A stretch of 34,730 nt of DNA from Candidatus Bathyarchaeia archaeon (GTDB lineage: Archaea; Thermoproteota; Bathyarchaeia; 40CM-2-53-6; DTGE01), in contig JAWBPF010000002.1 of NCBI GenBank assembly GCA_038825355.1, positions 1 through 34,730 on the forward strand, read 5' to 3'. Every line of letters starts with the position of its first letter. Position 1 is the first letter of the stretch. Shown here in pieces: positions 25,954-33,404 of the stretch. The translations under genes were made by a program, and so were the position numbers. The notes under the pieces were generated by a model. It saw only the letters and a list, made by a program, of their open reading frames with translations, was not told the DNA's origin and did no database searches.

Positions 25954-26961
25954 TCATTTTTTATTCTCTCCTTCTTTGAAATATGATATAACCCTCTCTC
26001 CAAATAGTTTGATCGTATTATTTGGATCGTAGCTGTAATCGTTTAGTATAAAGTGTCTTGCTCCTATAGCCCTAAATTCTTCGATTAACTCGATGAATTC
26101 ATCTACCGATGAAGAGAGGCAGGCGTTTGCCTTTATGGTCTCTTCAGGTACTTTTTCTCCCAACTCCTCTAGTTTCCTAGGATCCTTCTCATCGATGCCT
26201 TCTGGGATAAGCGATGCAGCATAGATCATTCTATATCTAGCTATGAGTTTATCCACGTCTCCTAACCCTACATCTAAACATACAGTCTTTTCGAAGCTCT
26301 CCGGATCTCTATTGGATGCTTTTAAGCCCCCTTCATAGGCTGGGAAGATTAGGTTCTTCAGGCGATCTATTTCTCCGGAGGTTATAAGGTGGCATCCTCT
26401 CTTACCTGAGAGAAAGGCTGTATTAGGTCCTAGGGCGATGATATATAATGGGATAGGCTCCGGCGGTTTATCATAGCAGTAGATGCCTTTAACCATGAAA
26501 TACTTTCCGTCGAAGTCAAAGTAGTCGGGGCTACTCCAAAATTTCGTTATTAGGTCCAGCGCCTCTAGAAAGATTTCGGATCTCTCATTCCATGAAGGCC
26601 ACTTCTCAAGGAAATGTCCCTCATTTAATGGCTCGCCCGTTCCGAAGCCTAGCAGGATCCTTCCCGGATACAGCGACGCCATGGTTGCAAAGGCCTGAGC
26701 AACGATTACGGGATGATATCTGAACATGGGAACGGTAGCGTTCACTCCTAAAGCTATTCTTTGACTCTTCTCAGCTATTGAGGTGAGCATTATCCAGGCT
26801 TGGGGGGCATGTCCATGGCTGTGAAAACTGGGTAATAGGTTATCTCCTATCCAGAGGGCATCGAATCCAGCCTTCTCTATTAATTTGGATAATTTAATGG
26901 TTTCACGGGGTTTAAGCCAGGAAGATGCTACATTTATATTGTAGCTTATCTTCAGTGTCAT
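25954..26961 (-). CDS. Luciferase-like (LLM class) flavin/F420-dependent oxidoreductase
   Basis: AGFDALWIGDNLL and LLGFGTGEP follow the LLM pattern. ATG 26961 lies 8 nt after a perfect GGAGGTGA (26970-26977) and is preferred over the track's GTG 26973. Confidence 0.78.
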   Translation of the reverse strand: MTLKISYNINVASSWLKPRETIKLSKLIEKAGFDALWIGDNLLPSFHSHGHAPQAWIMLTSIAEKSQRIALGVNATVPMFRYHPVIVAQAFATMASLYPGRILLGFGTGEPLNEGHFLEKWPSWNERSEIFLEALDLITKFWSSPDYFDFDGKYFMVKGIYCYDKPPEPIPLYIIALGPNTAFLSGKRGCHLITSGEIDRLKNLIFPAYEGGLKASNRDPESFEKTVCLDVGLGDVDKLIARYRMIYAASLIPEGIDEKDPRKLEELGEKVPEETIKANACLSSSVDEFIELIEEFRAIGARHFILNDYSYDPNNTIKLFGERVISYFKEGENKK

Positions 26962-27135
26962 ATTCAGGCTCACCTCCAGAGGGTTTTTGATGACGGCCTA
27001 GTTTTAGAGGTATAAATGTTGAAAATATTTAAATTTTTAGCCCTCGCAGCTCCTCAATAGAAATAACGATCATCAAACGGTTAGATGAGGATATAGCTGC
27101 ACATCAAGCATAAATAATCTTATGCTTCCATAACA

Positions 27136-28458
27136 CTAGCTCCTCTTCGACAGCCTCCCAATAAGATATCTCATCATCGAAGATACCGGCACATCATCTT
27201 CCATTCGCCTTTCCATATCCCGGATCTTGACTATTCCCTCACTAAGCTCCTTAGGAGCTACTATCACCGTATATAAAGCCCCAATGGCCTCTGCGTATTC
27301 TAATTGCCTCCTTAGACCCCTATTTTTGAGGTCTATTTCGCACGGGATCTCTCTCCTAATCTTGGAGGCTAATGTCACCGTCTCACCTCTAACCTCATCG
27401 TTTACTGCAGCCACAAAAACTTTCGGGTTCTGAGATGTGCCTCCAGGTATAAGCTTCTCCCTTCTAAGCGATATAAGCATACGCTCGATTCCACCAGCTA
27501 CCCCAGTTGCGGGGAGCTTCCTCTTACCGTAGAGCTCTCCTAGACAGTCATATCTACCCCCACCTAATATAGCCCCAACCTCTTCGCCCCCTTTATCATA
27601 GGCCTCGAAGACTATCCCGTCATAGTAATCTATGCCTCTGACTATGCTCATGTCTAGGATACATCTATCGAGCTTACCATACCATCCCAAATATTCGATC
27701 AGGCTACTCAAGCTTTCCAGCCCTCTAACATATGACCCTGATTCGCATCTAAAGGAGGATAACTCATCCAAGATTTTCCTCGGACTACCCCTTAAAGAGA
27801 CAAATTCAATGATCGACTCCAAGTTCTTTTGGGATAACGTTAAAGGTCGAAGCTTCTCCATTAGTTCAGGCTGGGATGCTTTTTTGATTTTATCTATTGT
27901 TCTAAGGATCTCCTCCCTAGTATTTCTATCATTGATTCCTAGGGACTCGATGTATCCTTCCACAAGGGGTCTACTGCTGATTAATAGTTCATGATCTTCT
28001 AATCCAACATTATCTAGAACATCGGCGCTTAACGCGATTATTTCAGCATCGGCTAATGGATGCTCGGATCCGTAAATCTCAGCATCCCATTGATGAAAGT
28101 ATCTATATCTGGCAAATTGAGGTTCATCATATCTCCACATACCTGATATGGCGCAAATCTTAAGGGGCTCGGGTAGATCTGTCCTACTTGCTATCATCCT
28201 AGTCATGCCGACTGTGAGGTCGAACCTTAACCCTAAATTGCGGCCCGCCTTATCCTTAAAGTAATATATCTCATCTCTTATAGACGGGCCGCTCTTCGCC
28301 TCTAAAGTTTCGAGGGCTTCGATCGGGGTTGGCTCAACGAGTTGGAACCCGTACCTCCCCATTACGTCGAGTATCCTCTCATAGAGCCAGAGCCTCTCCG
28401 CCATCTCCTCCGGATAGATATCATGCATACCCCTGGGGAGGATAAACCTCTCCGGCAC
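27136..28458 (-). CDS. hisS: Histidine-tRNA ligase
   Basis: LPRGMHDIYPEE, WRYDEPQFARYRYFHQWD and GGGRYDCL are class II HisRS motifs. Confidence 0.92.
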   Translation of the reverse strand: MPERFILPRGMHDIYPEEMAERLWLYERILDVMGRYGFQLVEPTPIEALETLEAKSGPSIRDEIYYFKDKAGRNLGLRFDLTVGMTRMIASRTDLPEPLKICAISGMWRYDEPQFARYRYFHQWDAEIYGSEHPLADAEIIALSADVLDNVGLEDHELLISSRPLVEGYIESLGINDRNTREEILRTIDKIKKASQPELMEKLRPLTLSQKNLESIIEFVSLRGSPRKILDELSSFRCESGSYVRGLESLSSLIEYLGWYGKLDRCILDMSIVRGIDYYDGIVFEAYDKGGEEVGAILGGGRYDCLGELYGKRKLPATGVAGGIERMLISLRREKLIPGGTSQNPKVFVAAVNDEVRGETVTLASKIRREIPCEIDLKNRGLRRQLEYAEAIGALYTVIVAPKELSEGIVKIRDMERRMEDDVPVSSMMRYLIGRLSKRS

Positions 28459-28464
28459 CTCTTA

Positions 28465-29055
28465 TCACCTCAAGATGGTTTTTAAGCCGTTCAGCCAAGG
28501 AGTTCCCCGCCTATCAAACTGTATCAAATCAAGGATATAGTATACTATGTCTGTCCTTCTATCAATTACAGCTAATACGAGCTCCTTCCTTTCCTTTTTA
28601 GCATACAAGAGTAAATTATTCAATCTGGAGAGGCTGGCATCCGTACCTTCATGGATTATGGATAAAAGGCGTCTTGTAACGGTCTTACCATATATTTCAA
28701 AATCTACGATGCTGGATTCCCTTACTATGTATCCTCTCTCTCTTAAATCCCTGTAAATCAAGTATTTTATCCACGTTTCCACCTTACTTTTCCCTAGTTT
28801 ACCGATGAGGTCTCGGAAAGAGAGGGGACTGTTGAGTGCTAAATCTTTCACATATAATTTCCCTTTTTCGACTAGATATAATGTCTCGTATGGATTTAAA
28901 TATAGCCGGCCTTGCCTCGGATAACCGTAGCCTTTCTCCCTTAAACCCTTAACTTCCGGACAGATCTTTATAAATACTTTATCGCCTTTCATATATGCCA
29001 CTAATGGCTCCATCTCTCCGATCTCAGCGGGTCTCTCAGCGACTCCAATTGCCAT
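28465..29055 (-). CDS. endA: tRNA-splicing endonuclease subunit (EndA family)
   Basis: 196 aa that aligns, from memory, with archaeal EndA: ETLYLVEKGKLYV, SPLSFRDL, KYLIYRDLRERGYIV, DFEIYG, KKERKELVLAVIDRRTDIVYYIL. It lies 6 nt upstream of hisS. Confidence 0.75.
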   Translation of the reverse strand: MAIGVAERPAEIGEMEPLVAYMKGDKVFIKICPEVKGLREKGYGYPRQGRLYLNPYETLYLVEKGKLYVKDLALNSPLSFRDLIGKLGKSKVETWIKYLIYRDLRERGYIVRESSIVDFEIYGKTVTRRLLSIIHEGTDASLSRLNNLLLYAKKERKELVLAVIDRRTDIVYYILDLIQFDRRGTPWLNGLKTILR

Positions 29056-29129
29056 TTAGGATGCCCTCTAGCTGTGGATTACTCCTTTAACTTATAAGGA
29101 TTGATCATCCATTAAAACCCTAATCAGCA

Positions 29130-30197
29130 ATGAATAAGCTTCGAGGGATCGGGATGTATCTCCCTCCAACCGTGGAATGGCGAGACGGCTCCGTAGCCTT
29201 AATCGATCAAAGGAAGCTACCAGTAAAGCTTAGAGTAGTTAAACTTAAAACTCCCAGGGAAGTAGCCGAGGCTATTCGATGCATGATGGTTAGAGGCGCT
29301 CCCGCCATCGGGGTTGCTGCAGCCATGGGTTTAGCCTTAGCAGCATATAAAAGTAGAGGGCTGGGCCGTCATGCAGCTTTGAGAAGTATCAGGAAATCTT
29401 ATAATCTCCTGAGTTCAACAAGGCCTACCGCGGTGAACCTGTTCTGGGCCTTAAACCGCGTCATGGAAAAGATCAATTCCACGAATGGTGGAGGAGATGA
29501 GATAGCCGACGCGGCTGTCCAAGAGGCTGAACTAATAGCAAAAGAAGACTTAGAAACTAATAAGAAGATAGCCCAGATAGGTTCCACCTTGATAAGGGAT
29601 GGGGACACCATCCTAACCCACTGTAACGCCGGCGCTTTAGCTACCGTTGGATATGGAACGGCTCTAGGGGTAGTTAGAGGAGTAGCTGAGTCAGGTAAAT
29701 CCGTGAAGGTCATAGCCACTGAGACCAGACCCCTACTTCAAGGGTCCAGATTAACGGTTTTCGAGTTACAAGAGGATGGGATACCTGTAACGCTCATCAC
29801 GGATAATATGGTAGGATATGTTATGGCGAAAGGTTTAGTGGATAAAGTAATCGTAGGAGCGGATAGGATATTATCTTCAGGGCACGTCATCAACAAGATC
29901 GGGACGTTATCAGTCGCCATAATATCTAACAGCTTCAAAATCCCATTTTACGTGGCTGCGCCGACGTCAACCTTCGACCTTGAAACATCCTTAGGAGAAT
30001 TAGTAATAGAGGAGAGGGATGGCGACGAGATACGTAAAATATGCGGCAGACAAGTTGCTCCTCTAGATGTACCTGTGCTTAACCCTGCATTTGACGTGAC
30101 GCCTCCAGATCTCGTCTCAGGGATAATAACCGAAAAGGGAATCATTATGCCCCCCTACAATGAGTCGATATCCACGATAATTAAAAGGGGGCTGTGA
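29130..30197 (+). CDS. eIF-2B alpha/beta/delta-like sugar-phosphate isomerase (MTR-1-P isomerase or ribose-1,5-bisphosphate isomerase)
   Basis: VEWRDGSVALIDQRKLP, MVRGAPAIGVAAA and ILTHCNAGALAT are present. The start is ATG 29130 or ATG 29154. Confidence 0.8.
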   Translation: MNKLRGIGMYLPPTVEWRDGSVALIDQRKLPVKLRVVKLKTPREVAEAIRCMMVRGAPAIGVAAAMGLALAAYKSRGLGRHAALRSIRKSYNLLSSTRPTAVNLFWALNRVMEKINSTNGGGDEIADAAVQEAELIAKEDLETNKKIAQIGSTLIRDGDTILTHCNAGALATVGYGTALGVVRGVAESGKSVKVIATETRPLLQGSRLTVFELQEDGIPVTLITDNMVGYVMAKGLVDKVIVGADRILSSGHVINKIGTLSVAIISNSFKIPFYVAAPTSTFDLETSLGELVIEERDGDEIRKICGRQVAPLDVPVLNPAFDVTPPDLVSGIITEKGIIMPPYNESISTIIKRGL

Positions 30198-30208
30198 AGC
30201 ATTAAGGG

Positions 30209-30952
30209 TTAGGGGCCCCTCCCTTTAGATTGTACGTTAAGGATAGTCTCGACCTGGTATCGACCTTGTTCGGCAAGCTTCTTCCAGTCGTCGCCTATGG
30301 AGACGAGGGCGAATATCCCTGTAACCTCTCCTCGAGCCCTCTCCACGATCCTGATAAGGGCGTTCTGGGCTTCTCCACTATCTATCACGTCGTCCACGAT
30401 GAGGATAGAATCGTTCTTCCTTATAATGCCTCTGGGCACGTAGAGGCTTATCGTAACACCACTACCTGGGAGGATATACATCTCCTCTAAGAACTCTCTA
30501 ACTCCTACTTCCCGCTCCTTCTTAGCTATCACCAGCTTTACCCCTAGACGATGCGCCAGCAACGTTGAGAGGGGGATCCCATCCACAGCCGCCGTTAAAA
30601 CCTTTGTTATACGTTTACCTGCAAACTTGTCCACCGCATACTGCACAGCCCTCTCTAAGAATAGTGTATCTCCTATTATCCTAGTATTATCAAAGTATCC
30701 GTAATCGTCTAACTGGATCCTCTTCTGAAGTTCATCATCTAAGCGGAGTATTTTTTGGAGAACATTATTCATCGCCTCGGCCCTCTCAATCGTGGGCAAG
30801 ACATGTCCCTTCACGTAACGGCTTAGAACGGTCTCAGGCAACCCAATCATCTGAGATAATTCCCTATAAGTATAATAATTCTTTGCTAAATTAAGCAGTT
30901 CTATAGTCATAAGCTTGTACTTCAAGTCAAGTATTCTTGAAGCATTACTCAT
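30209..30952 (-). CDS. HTH domain fused to a phosphoribosyltransferase domain (PyrE-like/GfcR-like putative regulator)
   Basis: The N-terminal YTYRELSQMIGLPETVLSRYVKG is an HTH. The C-terminal SILIVDDVIDSGEA is a PRPP-binding loop. Confidence 0.65.
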   Translation of the reverse strand: MSNASRILDLKYKLMTIELLNLAKNYYTYRELSQMIGLPETVLSRYVKGHVLPTIERAEAMNNVLQKILRLDDELQKRIQLDDYGYFDNTRIIGDTLFLERAVQYAVDKFAGKRITKVLTAAVDGIPLSTLLAHRLGVKLVIAKKEREVGVREFLEEMYILPGSGVTISLYVPRGIIRKNDSILIVDDVIDSGEAQNALIRIVERARGEVTGIFALVSIGDDWKKLAEQGRYQVETILNVQSKGRGP

Positions 30953-31519
30953 ATTCTCCTATCTCCCCTAATTCCTCTCCTCTAACGGATTCATAGCCTT
31001 TTATACACTTTCAAATAAAAATATATGGATTCAATATTTAAGATTATAATTGTTCATTAAATCTTCCACCTATCCCTAAACGCCGCTCCTTTCTAATCCA
31101 TACTTTCCATCGTAGCCCTCGGAGACATGTCGAGGGAACCGGGTGAAAGAAATTTGAGTTGAGAAATTCATCCATCCAAAATCTATAGTTTTATTCATAG
31201 CATTAAATAATGCCTCTAAACTTGCCTTTAAATCTGAACCTGACAAGGATAAGCTACTATAAGGTATCCCGGCGAAAGGTGGACTCAAAGGAAGATGTCA
31301 ACAAATTCAATGTGACCTTGATTCGTTCTAAAGTAGAAATTAGGCGATGTCCCTTCGGCGCCATTTTAAACAATCCCTAGTGCCCTAGATAAAAACTCTT
31401 CAGCTTAATATCCTTAAGATGATGGCGCCGCAACAACTGCCAAAAGAGAAGAAATATAAGGGAATACCCGGAATTAATTTACCAGCTATAAATTTCACCA
31501 TTGTAATATACTCTAGGAA

Positions 31520-31628
31520 GGGCCCGTCGTCTAGATGGACCAGGACACAGAAAATCTCATACTCTTGGGAATGATGTGTATGCCTTCGGAGCCTGGGATC
31601 CGGGGTTCGAATCCCCGCGGGCCCGCCA
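31520..31628 (+). tRNA. tRNA-Arg(UCG) with a 31-nt intron inside the anticodon stem (about position 29/30) and encoded CCA
   Basis: The sequence reads GGGCCCG-UC-GUCU-AGAUGGACCA-GGAC-A-CAG[31551-31581]GC-CUUCGGA-GCCUG-GGAUC-CGGGG-UUCGAAU-CCCCG-CGGGCCC-G-CCA. The anticodon UCG is at 31586-31588. TATAAAT lies about 25-30 nt upstream. Confidence 0.85.
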
Positions 31629-31756
31629 GCAATCATGCGTTAGGGTCAGGTAGCCAGCCTGGACCAAGTCTATACGAAAGTGTCTATAAAGGCTAGATTT
31701 AAAATACCAGCTGCGTGTAGCTAAGATAAAAACCCTAAGTGGATGTGCATTAGCCT

Positions 31757-31912
31757 TTAACCGCAGCAGCCTGAACCGGAGCCGGATACTAAGAGATTCT
31801 CGGCGAATGCTTTTATCCAGCAATCTTGGCAGATAGGAATATAGCCTAACTCCCTGTGATTCGCGTAAAGTAAGCTAACGTTGCCTTTTCCGCAGATTCT
31901 GCATTTCTTCAT
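31757..31912 (-). CDS. Hypothetical 51-aa zinc-ribbon protein with a Gly/Ser linker and C-terminal Cys-Cys-Gly
   Basis: Below the ORF-track cutoff. It reads MKKCRICGKGNVSLLYANHRELGYIPICQDCWIKAFAENLLVSGSGSGCCG. AAAATAAA lies about 24 nt upstream of the ATG, which would fit a leaderless transcript. Confidence 0.35.
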   Translation of the reverse strand: MKKCRICGKGNVSLLYANHRELGYIPICQDCWIKAFAENLLVSGSGSGCCG

Positions 31913-32115
31913 TTTAGTGTCATCATAGGTGTTTATTTTCCGAACGAAAACTATGTTTCTCTTCCTATTAAATTTTTCGAGAAGCGTCGCTCAGGTTTTA
32001 GTGTAGGGGCTGTTTGAGGCTTTTGACTTATAGAATTATGAAGAATTTCAGTTAAGGAGTGGCCCCTATTGAGCTCTTTACGTCTCTTAAGGCGATGAGT
32101 GACTTGGACTAAACT

Positions 32116-33027
32116 CTATTTGAGGGTAACCAAGTCACCGGTAATAAGCTGTTTACATCTATTGCCGAACGCTTCACGTAGAATCTTTATGGGTTTTATT
32201 CCGGTACAATGGCAAGGATATATGTGATCTGGTGATGCGCCCTCCTTAAGAGCAGCCACTGTTGAATGAATGAGTTCGTCGCTCGCCTGGGAGAGGTGGA
32301 AGCCTCCTATTATGGCGTAAATCCTATTTTCATCCATGATTCGCTGTGCAATCCTAATCGTATTAACTATGCCTCTATGGGAGCAGCCGGCTATTACTAT
32401 TAAGCCCTTATTCTTTGGTTTAATTATGAGTGCCTGCTCATCTATCATATGATCCTCCCTGAACTCGCAACCCTCAACTTTCCAGAAACCTATAGGCTTT
32501 TCATAGTCCGTCTCTAAGGGTATCTCGCCGCTCGTTTTAATCCCATTGACTAAGATTATAGGAGTCCTGGTTTGAACAAATAAGCCACCGTTCTCCCTTA
32601 TGAGAGAACGATTTAATCCATGCCCGATATAAATAAGGTTCGGCTTATAGGCGAATTTAGGGTCAAAAGTCCTGGGATGCACTATCACAGGTATGTGGCG
32701 ACTAAGAAATCTCAATACTGCGGGCAGCCCATCTGTATGGTCATAATGGCCGTGACTTAATACTACTGCATCTAGGTCTTCTAACCTTAGGTTCAAAGCT
32801 TTTATATTATACTTGAGTATACCTGGCGAAGGTCCTGCATCAAATAATATCTTTATCTTTGAATTCTTCGACGCTGCTTCAACCAATATTGAGAGCCCAT
32901 GTCTATGTAGGAGTGCTCCGTTTCTGGCCGGGGTATCGTCCACTACTATTATAATCTTACAAGATTCTATTATCGAATACTGCCCCAATTCCACGCCTTT
33001 TATTCTTATCGGAGTTTCATCAACCAT
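32116..33027 (-). CDS. MBL-fold metallo-hydrolase family protein (COG1237-like)
   Basis: VVLSHGHYDHTDG is the H-x-H-x-D-H motif. ILFDAGPSP and CHCTG are also present. Confidence 0.75.
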   Translation of the reverse strand: MVDETPIRIKGVELGQYSIIESCKIIIVVDDTPARNGALLHRHGLSILVEAASKNSKIKILFDAGPSPGILKYNIKALNLRLEDLDAVVLSHGHYDHTDGLPAVLRFLSRHIPVIVHPRTFDPKFAYKPNLIYIGHGLNRSLIRENGGLFVQTRTPIILVNGIKTSGEIPLETDYEKPIGFWKVEGCEFREDHMIDEQALIIKPKNKGLIVIAGCSHRGIVNTIRIAQRIMDENRIYAIIGGFHLSQASDELIHSTVAALKEGASPDHIYPCHCTGIKPIKILREAFGNRCKQLITGDLVTLK

Positions 33028-33296
33028 TTTATTTACTCCATTACACTACGACCATACCTGAAATTAATTAAAATATATTATTATTCTAACTGATAAAGCT
33101 TCCATGAGATTCTTATAAAATATTAAATTCTTTACTACACATTAAGTATCGAGATGCTCGTCCAACTCTACCTCAGAAGTTTAAGAATTTCTCGAAGGTT
33201 TTAATAGACATCGGTATCCCCGGATAAACGAATACTCCAGCTTACCTAAAGACTAAACGGATGTGATGAATGCTTTTCCTTGATCGTGCAAAGAGA

Positions 33297-33303
33297 ATTT
33301 TAA
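33297..33303 (+). promoter_or_regulatory. TATA-like box (ATTTTAA) upstream of the uORF-cimA unit
   Basis: It is centred about 28 nt upstream of ATG 33328, with a purine-rich BRE-like GCAAAGAG immediately 5' of it. Confidence 0.35.
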
Positions 33304-33327
33304 GTGGACATCAACTTTGAAGAAGAT

Positions 33328-33399
33328 ATGATAATAGTAATCCTTATTAAGGATCTATTCTACAGAAAACGGGAACTATCTTATGTAAAGGTGAGTTGA
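33328..33399 (+). CDS. Candidate 23-codon upstream ORF rich in Ile/Val/Leu (MIIVILIKDLFYRKRELSYVKVS)
   Basis: Read directly: ATG ATA ATA GTA ATC CTT ATT ... TGA at 33397-33399. This is 5 nt before the proposed cimA GTG. The cimA GGTGA ribosome-binding site (33389-33393) lies inside it. Confidence 0.3.
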   Translation: MIIVILIKDLFYRKRELSYVKVS

Positions 33400-33404
33400 A
33401 GTGG

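Noticed and set aside
26985-27072. Inverted TTTGATGA / TCATCAAA pair about 68 nt apart between the LLM gene start and the hisS end, considered as a C/D sRNA or terminator.
   Set aside because: There are no CUGA boxes with guide-length spacing, and the 8-bp stem with a 68-nt loop is weak. It is more likely chance within an AT-rich promoter and terminator spacer.
31076-31288. 70-aa minus-strand ORF downstream of nothing obvious, and a 29-aa plus ORF at about 31420.
   Set aside because: I found no motif, ribosome-binding site or promoter evidence, so the region is left unassigned.
31551-31581. AAUGAUGU inside the tRNA-Arg(UCG) intron as a box C of an intron-encoded C/D sRNA.
   Set aside because: The intron is only 31 nt long and lacks a box D, so it is too short for a C/D guide RNA.
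31400-31823. Two minus-strand ORFs (78 and 88 aa).
   Set aside because: Both run across tRNA-Arg(UCG) and have no promoter or ribosome-binding-site support. The in-region 51-aa zinc-ribbon ORF is in a different frame.
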